A DNA stretch of 63,526 nt, filler included, from Kipferlia bialata (taxonomy: Eukaryota), in assembly GCA_003568945.1 (NCBI GenBank). It is 4 parts of 3 records of this genome, joined end to end, with 100 filler letters (N's around TTAATTAATTAA, not from the genome) between each part and the next. Parts side by side here need not be neighbours in the genome. Positions count along the whole stretch, not along the records: positions 12,964 to 31,095 come from BDIP01000074.1; positions 31,196 to 59,778 come from BDIP01000077.1; 2 more parts are not named here. One strand, given 5' to 3'. Below, one piece after another: positions 24,679-36,900 of the stretch. The translations under genes and the position numbers were made by a program. The notes beneath the pieces were generated by a model. It saw nothing but the letters and a program-made list of their open reading frames with translations. It ran no database searches and was not told where the DNA came from. Each line of letters opens with the position of its first letter. Position 1 is the first letter of the stretch.

Positions 24679-27600
24679 ATGTGTCCCGCTGTCGCTGGCC
24701 GGAGCACAACCGCCGCACCGACTGTACTGCCAGAATCCGATGTTTTCCCCTACCCTGACCCCCTTGGAGACATTGAGGAGGAGAGTGTGTCAGACAGTGG
24801 TGCCTCAGTCACATCCATCGATGCAGAGGGCCCTACAGTCTCAAGGAGTGACCCGGGGGTGCAGAGGCTGCTGCGGGAGATGGAGGACAGGAAGATGCTG
24901 CCTCTGGAGCTGCTGCACAGGTGGGGGATGTGATTATGCCTCTACACGGTTTCTTGGTCTGCGTGACATGTGAGTGTTATGTGCGTATATCCCCACCCTG
25001 AGTCTTATATCAGCAAGTACCTTATCAAGAAGGTGTCTGACATGTATGACTTCACTGGCGTCACCCTGGGCAAGGGTGCATTCGGCGTGGTCAGACAGGC
25101 ACTGTAGAATCTACAGTGTAGATGACATGCATGTCAGATACAATAACTACGCAAGTACTAACCTTAGGTCCGCAGGAAGGTCGACGGTGCCATGTTCGCT
25201 CTCAAGGAAGTCAGCAACCTGAGACGCCGGTGCAAGAAGAACGTGAGTGTGTGTCAAGCTGATCGTGTAGTGTAACTGCTGTTGCCTATATCGCCCACTA
25301 CCATTCCACTATATTCCCTCTCTAACCCAGCCCTACTTTGCCGTGGGCCAGATCAGAGAGACTGAGATCATGAGGGAGATACAGACCCATGAGGACCCTG
25401 CCATCAGGCTCTGCCTCAGGTTGGTATTCACAGGATGTGCTGCAGTATTGGTACCCAACATAAGACTCAGTGTCTCGTGTCATATAGACAATATACAATA
25501 TCTGATATGTATAACATATACCTCCTCCCACTTCAGGCTGGAGGATGCCTTTCTGACCGTCAAGGGAGGTAACTTCTGGGCATGGAGGGGGAAGAGGCGT
25601 GTGCCCAGGCTAGAGTCTCTGTGGCTGGTCTTGGAGTGTGTGGACGGGTGTGACTTGCAGGACGTCATCGCTGCCAGGTACTATATACCACAATCGCGTA
25701 GACATGCCCTTGCCACACCCTATCAGATGTCTGATATCTAACCACTAGGAACCGCACTCTTGACAACGGGGAGAGGGTGCCTACACCTGCATACACACCC
25801 ACTGCCATGGAGGAGGTATGATTCACTGATGCAATGTGCTGATGCCATTATACACAGTATATCCATATAATGTAAAGTGCTATACGATATGATATCAGGT
25901 ACTGCTTCAGGCCAGACTAGTAGCCAAGCAGAGGAGACTCGTCCAGCTCTTGATTCAGCGCAGCGAGGGTGTCGTGAAGACAATCAGGAAGGTAACTACA
26001 CCTGAAAACTTGCCGTTTTTCCTGTCATAATACATATATTGATATATATCAGCTAACGCTAGGGCGTGAAGGTCATCGACGAGATCAAGGCTCTGGAGTT
26101 AGAGCTTGAGGTAAACCAGACACCGTCTGGTGTCCCCACCCACATCATGCTGGGACAGATGCTGGAGGTATATCGATAGACGTCTCAGTGTTGGTGGCAA
26201 GTCCCACTCTTTGCGTCTATGTCCCCAGTGGGGACTCCCCACAGTATATCCTTGGCTACTCATGTCTCACGCCAGATGCTTGAGTCCCTCACCTTCTTCC
26301 AGGGCCTGAGTGTCATGCACAGGGACCTCAAGGTGGGTGTCTATACTCATAATTCATTGGGGAACATGCCTTAGTGTTACTCTCTATACTGTAACGTAGG
26401 ACCATACGCACATGCTCACCCCTAGGGTGCCACTGTCATGGTGGACAGCACCGGCCACATCTTTATACCTACGAATAGACACATATACATACATACATGT
26501 ATATATGCATTCATATAGTCTTACCCCCAGGGTGCCAATGTCATGGTGGACAGCACCGGCCACATCAAGATCATCGACCTGGGCCTGGCCAAGCAGGTCC
26601 CCAAGACAGTGTCACAGGAGGTGCTAGACCAGGTACGTCTCTGTTACACCGCGTAACTTTTATTGTAACGTCACCTCGCTGCCATTGAGGGTATCTGTAT
26701 CTCACCTCAGCTCCACATGTCCAAGCTCAAGAACACACAGTGCGGCACACTCACCCACATGTCTCCCCAGGTATACTATGATAGCACTCACAGCTACCTT
26801 CAGGAGATCCATTGTACCATCTTCCCTATTAAAGGCCCACCATACACCAACAAGTCGATGCCACTCACTCCCAGATCAGGTCAGGTGTGTACGACACCAA
26901 GTCAGACGTGTACGCAGCTGGTGTCGTGTTCTACGAGGTGAGTCAGGCCGAGTCAGAGTCACACTATCATCTAGTACAAGTTTCTCTTGCTTGATCCTCT
27001 GTATAATGAAGAGGGTGCTTTTGTCTATCTGATACAGTAGCCGGTGTATGTATTTACCTTATTCCCAGTACCTCTGCGGCAAGCACCCCTTCATGGGTGA
27101 CGCAGACAGCATGGGCGAGTTCCAGCTCAACCAGCTACTCATGCCCCTCGTCCTACCCACAGACCAGGAGACAGGTACAACTAGCTAATATGCATAATGA
27201 TGTGTTCCCAATAGCCCAGTATTTACAATGAGTCCATCTACTAGGTGCCACTATTTACTACACGATGCCACCCACCCTACTCTTCCTGTCTCTGAGTCTC
27301 ACCCCTCAGATGGTGTGCAGGGTCTGGACCACCTGGTGTCCCTGATGCTCCAGGTACAGTGTAGTGTAGCATACACTAAGTGTATGGCTTGGGCATTGGT
27401 GATAGTATATACTCTATACTTAGAAACTGAGTACAGACGATAATAAGCACTCACACCAGAGAGACGACAATGCGCGTCCCTATGCCCACGATGCTCTGTC
27501 AATCCTAGAGGGACTGGTAGCAATCCACACTAGGTTAGTGCACACTCTACAGGGAGTGGCATCCTTACTATACTACTCACTAGTAGTGAGTCACTACCAC

Positions 27601-29271
27601 TCTCTAACGACAGACACTCCAGAAGACAAGACCACACCACTACCCTGGCCCCAGAGAGGGAGAGACAGGAGGAGAGGAGTGCCGTCAAGTGCATGCTGGA
27701 TGTCCTAGAGGAGCTCAAGCAGGTAGTTTGCACAATTACTCGATTACTTCAACAGAGCGATCCCACTGTTTGGCCCATATATCATCTGTGTATATAGTTA
27801 TAGCGACAGACTATGCCCTAACTATACTATCTCACCCAGGGCCAGCAGGCCAGGTCCAACGACACCGACCCGGACCTGCTTGCCCAGATGAGTAATGTCA
27901 GCAGCGGTAGGGACCTGGACGCCTTGCTGTCACTCGCCATAGCAGAGGGACAGCTGGTACTGAGAGAGGAGGCCAGGGGGTACAAGGAACCAGTCCCTGT
28001 GGGTCTACGCGGTGTGTACACCCAGGGACCCCTCTATGACCAGGTGCTCAAGAGAGAGTCCCCAGGGTACACGGCAACACCCCTCGAGCACCCTCACCTT
28101 GGCCCTGCAGTGATGCCCTCGTTCTCGGCCTGGCCCCCACAGTATGGAAGGCCCTTCTACCTGTACGTGACTCGCATATCATACTTTTTCCACTATATAC
28201 TGCAATTATATCGGGTGACGTGATCGTGTAACTATTACATACACACACCTTTCCTTCTGTATCTGACCCCCAGCAGGTGTGTCTCCAACAACAAGGTCCT
28301 CACGGTCAAGCACGAGCTGTTCACACCCAACCGCACCCTCGAGGACAGGGTATGTATATGTATATGTATCCGTATAAGTATAAGTATATGTATGTGCACT
28401 CGCTATCCAATATTGACCTCTCTAGTGTCAAGTCAGTCATTGTGTAGCTGGAGAGACTGGATTTACTGAGTGTGATGTGTCTGAGTAGAGGTCTCACCCC
28501 AGATGGTGTGGATGCAGTGGAAGAGGGACGTCATGCACTGGAAGGTCAGACAGCAGTTCGTGTACCATGAGGTACGGCCTTTTGTGGATAGTGTTTCTGG
28601 AGATATTTCTACATTTATGATCTCACACTCAGGACCACACCATATCCACGTGCTTCCGTGAAGGGTACGTATCGCCGAATACAGTTATTGCAGAGGATAC
28701 AAGAGTGGTCTAATGTCTCGGTGTTAGAGAGGCTACCCTTGTGATGGTGATTGCGCCTGTGTCACTCTCTCACTCACCATCCAGATTCTTCCTGACTCGG
28801 AGTGCAGGCCAGAACGGCGAGGGGGTGCGCCTTCGCCAGAGGGACATTGGCAACCAGTACCAGGTACATGCCTTATACTTCGTATCACTTACCATTGCTG
28901 CCTGACAATCGATGTGCATATACTCATCGTAGGAGTGGTCCTTCGATGGGGACACCCTAGTGTGTGCAGGGGAGAGCAAGGTGCTGGACGTCAGAGGTAT
29001 GGGCTGTGAAGTCTTATGTACAGTGTCTATTTGGTACCGCAGCTATCGTAGCTACCCCCACCCCAGCCTTTGTCCGCAGTGCCAAGGCCCCGGTCTCTCT
29101 GTGGGAGTCAGTAGGGGGAGAGAACCAGAGGTGGGTGGTGGTGATACATTTGCTTCACTTGACGAAATAACCCAACTTGGATGCAAATATACTCAGTGTC
29201 CGGAGTGCTACTACCCGTCGTGTCATCTCCAGCCTTCTTTGATCCTCAGGTGGACATGCGAGTATGTCTGA
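24679..29271 (+). CDS. NEK-like Ser/Thr protein kinase with a C-terminal ricin-B (QxW) lectin domain
   Basis: Kinase: LGKGAFGVVRQVRRKVDGAMFALK, HRDLKGANVMV, KIIDLGLAK, CGTLTHMSPQ, YDTKSDVYAAG, HPF, RP. C-terminus: NQYQEWSFDGDTLVCAGESKVLDVR..VSLWESVGGENQRW. Confidence 0.88.
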
Positions 29272-29663
29272 GTGGTTAGAAGGGTTCTTAGTAGATGAAC
29301 TACCATGACCATGCATGCGGGAGTCGTACGCTTATGAGGTTGAATGAGATCGACAGAGGATTCCTCTGAGAGGAAGGGGCTGAAGTGATCATATACAGGT
29401 GACAGTCCTGACAAAGGGAAGATTCTCTGAACCAGGGGAGTAATATATGTAGCTATGTTGTGTTACTATGGCGGGGGTGTATAGGGCGTTCATCGAAATC
29501 CTACTCGCAATGAATCAGAGCAACCAAACATCGAAAAAGGGTCTAGACAACACTGTATGTATGTATACTGTATCATCTCACTCTACGTCTACCTCTCTAC
29601 CCCATTGACAACATCTAGGGAACAATTCTAAATACTCTCGTCTCCCACTGAGATTCCGTCCAC

Positions 29664-30697
29664 ATGGCGTCCCTGGATGCGTTCTTTGCCGAGAGCCAGG
29701 TGCGCCTCCACAGTGTCTACTCCTCTGAGGTGGCATCACATGAGGTATGATAGGCTATGCACACTCATACAGATACACATACATATGAGGTACAACCTGG
29801 AAGGTTCCATCTACATCCCAGGACCACATTACTAGTGGTGCCGTCCTGGTGTTCGATGTCCCCCTGCCCTCCCTCGCCTCTAGCAAGAGAGAGAGAGAGA
29901 GAGGCAAGGGGAAGGTTGTGTCAGTAGTGATGAGGGCGTCAGACCAGGCACATATACCACTCCCTGAGGCACGGGCTAGATTCTCAGACGTCATGTCCAG
30001 GTATGTGGTGTAGTGACAGTCGTGTGACGAACCGAGTAGGAGCAGTCAGTCACCCATCCTCCACATCATAGCACTTCTTGTACACACTCTTCCCTTCCCC
30101 TTCTAACGCATCAGGCAGACTGAGTCAAGTGCAAATAAGGAGACAGCGAAGTAAGGCCTCTCAAGAAAGTCTCTTTCTCTCTCTCCCTCTCTCCCCCCCC
30201 CTCTCTCTTTCCCCCTCCCCACCCCGTCCTCTTGCTTCCCTGATGCCAAAAGACAATATGGTAGATACACTCACCCTCAGACTACAGAGGCAACTGGCAC
30301 ACCTTCAGAAACAGGCCAAGGTGGCTACAAGTAGTGCAAAGAGTAAGCCTGCAGCAAAGGTACCAAAGGCTAAGGGAGCCAAGGGTGCTGCAAGGGAAGA
30401 CACACAGAGCAAGGCATACATGGAAGCGATGCACACATACAACGATCTCAGGGTGAGGGCAGTGAACCAACGTCAAACAACGATCTATTCATAACATGCA
30501 CTGCTTGTCACATACTCCACTCACTTCAGGATCTGGCAATGCAGCTGGCAGGCAGGATAGCAGAGCAGAGAGGTATGCGTATGGCCTATACATATATAGG
30601 TAGAGGTATAGTATCAAGCCTATCTAACTGTGCCCTGACCCCAGGTGTCACAACCAAGAGTGTCTATGGGGACTTCGGAATAGACTTCTCAGAGTGA
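29664..30697 (+). CDS. SWI5: Swi5/Sae3-family homologous recombination mediator
   Basis: The spliced C-terminus YMEAMHTYNDLRDLAMQLAGRIAEQRGVTTKSVYGDFGI matches the Swi5 consensus LHxYNxxKDxxxxLxGxIAxxRGVTxxxxYxxFG. Confidence 0.85.
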
Positions 30698-31095
30698 AAC
30701 TAGTGGAGATTGTGTGTGACGCAGCGACAGTGGTTAATAACCACTGGTTATGAACATCACGAGTGGGGCAATACTATATACTCTCTGTGAGATACTTGGT
30801 GGCGGTATAACGCATAATAAATGGACATTGATACTATAGACCAACACTAAGACATTGATCAATGATTGTAGTGTATCCACAGGCCCTGTGGGCCACAGGG
30901 TGTACACCTCATGAAGTCTAGACCGTACAACAAACGGACATATCTTGCTCCTCCCTTCAGGCACAGGTCCACCTTTCCTAGCACCCATGCGCATCTTAGT
31001 GCACAACCCGGGAGGGGTTGAGCTTCTGGATGCCTCTTGCCCTGGTGACATAGCCCCTAGTGACACTGTGGCACAGTTAGTGGCCATGGTGGGGG

Positions 31096-31195
31096 NNNNN
31101 NNNNNNNNNNNNNNNNNNNNNNNNNNNNNNNNNNNNNNNTTAATTAATTAANNNNNNNNNNNNNNNNNNNNNNNNNNNNNNNNNNNNNNNNNNNN
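31096..31195. other. Assembly gap with artificial TTAATTAATTAA linker
   Basis: 100-nt N block with the central linker. Confidence 0.95.
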
Positions 31196-31249
31196 TCGTG
31201 TAGTGGTTCTCTACTTGTTGATACAACCCCCCCCCCCCCTCTCACTCAG

Positions 31250-32703
31250 GCCTATGGCGCTGTGTGAGTACTTTGCCGTGGGTATGATCATGTCCAAGAA
31301 GAACAGCCTTCTGAAGCATAGCGACATGTCAAAGTGCCTGAGGTATCCTCAGTGCAATGCATCTCTCACTGCCTGTCTCTCCTACCACTCCCATTGACAC
31401 TGCCTCTGACCCCAGGGTGTTGATGAAGGACTTCATCCCCGACGTGGACGCCCGGGCCATCTCGTCCATCCTGGAGCATGCCATATACATGTCGGGGGTG
31501 GACTGGGGCATAGGGACCCGGGTCAAGAGCACCACCCAGAAGGGAAAGGGCAAGGGTATGGGGCTGGTGTCATATGGGCTGATGGATCAAAGTGATTATC
31601 CGATATTCATTATGCTACCATGTTCTGGCCAACGACTGTGTCTCATACTAGGGCGTTTCTCGTCGCTTCTCTCCAGTGTCAGACTCAGCGTGAGGCCTCA
31701 TGAGAAGAGTGTGAGGGACGGCGGGTCTAAGGACCATGCACTCTCCGGCAGGTATGATCTGCGTCAGTCTTGTTAATGTCTCCCACCTGTTCACCCTAGG
31801 AGACTCCCCCCCTCTGAGTCAGTCAGTGACTGGTGCAGTGCCGAGATAGCAGTGCAGTGGAACATGGGCAGGTGCACGCTGGTACATACATATACTGGTA
31901 CTCTCACCGGCTCATCGGTTCCATATACACCACTCTCTCCAGTAGTAGTGGGGTTGACTGTTAATACCAGGCGTCTCCTGACTGTGGCCGACTCCCTGTC
32001 TGACATTGCCGGCTCATCCCCCGAGACCCATATCCACTTTGCCAGACTCAAGGTATGGGGGTAGTGCTGCAACACCATGTCAGTTGGTACTAGGTATTGG
32101 GAGGGGTGCGCTTTTAGATTGTTCGACCCTCACCCGTAGGAGATGGCGCTTCTGCTGCTGGGGGTCCAGCCCAGATACAGCCAGCAGCTGATCAAGACAG
32201 TGACACACACCCAGAAGGTGGCATCCTCTCTCACCCTGTCCCCGCCCTGTGTTAGCAGCACCTTGAGCCGGACTCTGTGCCCCTCCGACCAGCCCCCTGC
32301 CACCCCCTCCCCCCCTATTAATACCCAGCACGATACCCCCAGAAGAGGCCTGGTCAGCCCAATGGGGGGTGCCGGTGAGTACGACCCCTCCGACTCAGAG
32401 GCGGTGGATGTGGACACCTCCACCATCCTGGCCACCATCCTGCACATATGCAGACAGCAGCGGGTGGTGAGACAGGCCAGGGAGGAGGCAAGGGCTCTCC
32501 AGGTACACTTGTATTCAGTTGTTTGTACCTCCTCTCTCCCTGTTTCGCCTCCCCATATACATACGTATCATATCCGATCACTCATCCCTATACATACCCC
32601 TCATTCCCAGGCCAGGGTGACAGCCCTCGAGGCCCATGAGCAGGGGGTGGCAGCAGGGGGTGAGGCAGGGGGGGACCGGGAGACAGAGGTCTTCGACTGC
32701 TAG
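31250..32703 (+). CDS. C-terminal part of a TBC-domain Rab-GAP, TBC1D5-like, 5'-truncated by a gap
   Basis: LCEYFAVGMIMSKKNSLLKHSDMSKCLRVLMKDFIPDVDARAISSILEHA resembles the end of a TBC domain. The later FARLKEMALLLLG resembles the TBC1D5 C-terminal helix. Confidence 0.5.
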
Positions 32704-33321
32704 TCGAGCATGTCTCTTGTCAGGAGACAGGGTTACATTTTCAGGTCCATATTGGGTCCTGTAAGAAACAGTTTACGAGAATAGGGATTGCTGGATATAT
32801 ATTATAATCCAAGGCTTAGAGATAATTGTGTTTTGCCATCCGTAGTATGGGTGGTGTATGTGTCGATAATAGAGGAATGCTAGTTCTTTATGGGTACAAG
32901 ACAATATGTGTGCATCACATTCAACCTTAACAGGTAGGTCTATTGAATACTGTCACTTGATATGACCCTTTTGTGTTGGTCCAACACTGACACAGTGCAT
33001 ATAATCAACCCTACGACTAGCACCGTGTTGATTGATGAAATATATGTAAAAGAGCACCAAGGGAGAGTTGTTCACCTTGGAACAGGAGTATGATAGATAC
33101 CCTCTGGATTATCCAGACTGGATAAGGGTCTTATCATAAGACCCCAACCCGCATACACAATCAGTCCCTAGAAGGGTGTTCGCCTCTGGTCTACCCCAGA
33201 GCCAGCCCGACTCAGAGTGCATGTTGGGGTCTTGACGTGACCTGTGGCCCATAGACTGTAGCACAGGCTGGTTACTATCACTACTACTTGCTCGGCCAAA
33301 ATAGGTTCCTTACATCTCAAG

Positions 33322-33718
33322 CTACAGATCCCGTATGCACCTCTCCAAGGCATCCATCTCATGCCCCAAGGATACCAATGCACTGCCTCCGGCTGCAACT
33401 GGAGTGAGAGGCTATGTGGTATGGTTAAACCGAAGTAGTTAAGTAGTGAATGTCTCTAAACACACACAGAGCGCTGTACCTGTGCTGTTTATCGTTGCTG
33501 CTCCATGCAGTATGGTCTGGTGGGCCTGAGTCAGCGGTGTGATATACATGACATGAATCGACAACAGTGCTTGTCAAACTCTGGACAACAAAGAGAGTAG
33601 AGAGTCGCACCAAGTGAATGATGAATACCTTGGCAATATATGGCATCTCAGCAGCAGCCTCCTCAATCACATTGGGGGTGGAGGTCAAGCGCTCATGACC
33701 ACTACTTCTTCCGCTCAT
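33322..33718 (-). CDS. Three-exon 70-aa microprotein, unknown function
   Basis: MSGRSSGHERLTSTPNVIEEAAAEMPYIAK|AHQTILHGAATINST|VAAGGSALVSLGHEMDALERCIRDL*. Both introns are GT-AG with a branch motif (ctgactcag, ctcactccag) and compatible phases. Confidence 0.55.
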
Positions 33719-33922
33719 CCTCTTCTTTGTAGAGAGGATTCTGGCAGTGTCACTGATAGTTTCGACTCGAGAAACACCATTTGTGAGGGTTTAGCACAGG
33801 TCCTCACTGATGCTTTCTCATCCAACAGCTGCCTCATTGAGCTGTCTCTGTGTTTGCAAGTCTTTTTGGGGAAGTTCTAGCCTCAGTCGCACTTGGGTAC
33901 CAGTGTGGTCTCAGCGCTTGTG

Positions 33923-36900
33923 ATGCAGTCAACCACAGACGAGCATGGGGTGACCCACATATCTATCAACGACTTTGAAGAGGTAACTATGTACTATCTA
34001 TATGTCCATGGTTACCAGTGATAGGTGTAATGGGTGACATTGAGTGCCTTAGGCTGTCATTCATACATGGTATTGCCCCCCCCCCCTTCATATATACCTC
34101 TGTCCATCTGTGTGTCTCTGTGGCCCCCTGACACCTAGGTCACCATCACCCCGGTAGGGGCAGGGCAGGAGGTGGGGCGGAGCTGCATTGTCATCAGGTG
34201 TAGGGGCAAGAGTGTCATGCTCGACTGCGGAGTGCATCCAGGCAAGTGTTGCCATCCATCCATCTATATACGTAATGGCCTGTGCAATGTACCTGTGTAT
34301 TGAATGCAGTGGGAGCCCCCCTGCCCTCCCTCACCCTCAGGCATGAGCGGCATGTCGTCCCTGCCCTTCCTGGACATGGCTGACCCCGAGACTATCGATG
34401 TCTGCCTGGTGACACACTTCCACAGTGAGTGATGCATCTCTCCCCTCTGTGGCTCATTGTTCACTGGTACATACCCCCACCTCTCACCCCAGTGGACCAC
34501 TGTGGCGCCGTCCCATACCTGGCTGCCAAGACCGGGTTCTCAGGTATTGTGATTTGTGGGACAGCAGTTTTGACTATGTACAGTATATCCATATTTCCTG
34601 TCAATACACGCAGTACTGGTACCTTTTCTACTATTATTCTTGCCTGTTGGGCCTAATATCCAGGTCCCATTTACATGACGTACCCTACCGCTGCTGTCTT
34701 TGACCGCGTAATTACAGACTACCTTAGGTATTGTTCTGTCTTCCTCCATTATGCAAGCCCTACTTTCTCTCATTTATGGATTTACGGTGGTACTTTGTCC
34801 TTCCGTAATCACTCAGTTCCACTACCATACATATATACGTACTCATGTTTGACTATGCCTTCCCTTATGCTAGGGTCTCTAGGGGCAGGGGGGCAGAGGA
34901 GGGAGTGGCAGCGCTGTACGACCAAGAGGGACTGGACACCACAATGGCCAGAATCAGAAGGTACTGGGGATCAGTCCCTCTTGGGTAGACATGAGTGGTT
35001 CATAGTCATTGAGTCTCCAAGTGTCAAGATGAGCCAACGTCAGGTTACACTTCCACCAGCAGGAAGAGTTCAATGGGATTAGAATCACCCCATACCCAGC
35101 AGGTATGGCAGGAGTGCTGTGTTGGGAGGTCCTATTCTTCATGACCGTATCTCTTTTGCCTCTTTCCCTCCATACCCCTTTACTCAGGCCATGTCATCGG
35201 TGCCTGTCAGTTCCTGGTGGAGATTGAGGGTATATCTGTGCTGTACTCGGGTGACTTCAGCACGGCACACGACAGGTGGGCACAGTATCAGCATGTATAT
35301 TCGGACCATACATCGTGCAATGGCGCTACTAGAGAGACATGTAGATATTACTGTTGATAATGTCTGACTGTATTATTCGATAATATCAATGTGCTGACTG
35401 CCAGACATCTGGAGCCAGCCGAGGTCCCCGACAAGAGGCCGGACATATTCCTGGTGGAGAGCACAGTACGTCTGTGTCAATACGCCAGTACACTATACCA
35501 TGGTGAGTGGTACACGTAGGCCATCATTACTCACCCCAGTACGGCATTCAGTGTCACATCCCCACGGCAGAGAGGGAGAAGAAGCTGCTGAGGGACATCA
35601 CCGATGCCCTGAAGAAGGGAGGCAAGGTATGTACCGCAGCAGTGAGTATACACATTTGATTATAGATTGTCAATCGCTTGTTCCAATCAGTGACGCTTCA
35701 ATGCAGTGAAAGAGTCCGTTGCGTTCCCCCTCGAGTGCGTCTCTCTGTTCTGCCCCATTCTCCCCACCCCAGGTGCTGCTGCCAGTCTTTGCCCTGGGTC
35801 GGTCCCAGGAGATAGCACTGATTCTGGAGGTGGGTGTCTGTTATGGTTGGATATCTGTTATGGTTGGGAGAGCCCATTACAGTATGCTGGTTCCGTTGGT
35901 ACCTATATTTTGATACCATGATAAATGCTCTGGGATGCGGGAGTTATGAAGGAGAAAGAGTAGAATTTCTAACCCCAGGAGGCATGGGAGAGACACGAGT
36001 ACCTGAGGAACTACAAGTGAGTCTACATGTATGAATATGAATGAGTCTTGCTGTATGCGGAAGTACGCTATAATGGAGTCAATCATTACGGGTATACTGA
36101 GGGTGTTTGGGGACATGCCAGAGAAGCTAAAAGCAGGATATTCTTCGCCAGCAGCATGTTCCGGCACTCCCTGCCCATCTACCGCACATACCCAGCACTC
36201 ATGAACCCAAAAGTCAAGGTCTTGGATACAGACACATATATTCACACTCTCTTGCATTCTAGTCACTTAATGTCGTATATGCATGTGTATCATTATACGT
36301 ATTTGTATATATATTCATTTTGTGGCATGTCTCTTCGGTTGTGATGCCCACTGAGTGACAGGCTGCCTTCACACGTGGTGAGAACCCGTTTGATCTCAAG
36401 CACGTGCAGGTTGTCACAAGGTGAGGGACTGTCATGCTCAGCCCTTCTATCACCACCCTCCCCCTCATCCCTAGGCCTGAAGAGATCGACACCTCCAGCC
36501 CGTGTGTGGTGCTAGCAGCCCCAGGTCAGGCGCTGTGACTGTTGTATGGTTATTCCTCAGCATTGTGTGTTCTTTCAATATATGATTGAGTCACACCATC
36601 TGCCACTGCCACTGCCACTGACCCCTCAGGCATGATCCAGTCCGGCCTGTCCCGCAAGCTGTTGGAGCAGTGGGCCTCGGGAGAGGCCAACAAGTGTGTG
36701 TTCACAGGATACACAGTGAAGGGTGAGTAGAATAATGACATAACTTGTATCAAGAACTTTGAACGCGAAGTGGTCTGGATCGGTGTAGAGTAGTGGTCAA
36801 GAGATGCGACTGTCTGTGTACTCCCATCCCTCCTGTCGCACCCTGCCCCCCACCCCCCCCACCCCAGGCACCCTAGGCCATGAGATCCTGTCCCGCCCAG

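Noticed and set aside
30734..31095. GC-rich open frames next to the gap, as a possible last exon of a minus-strand gene
   Set aside because: No recognisable motif, and the frame cannot be fixed because the sequence is cut by the gap.
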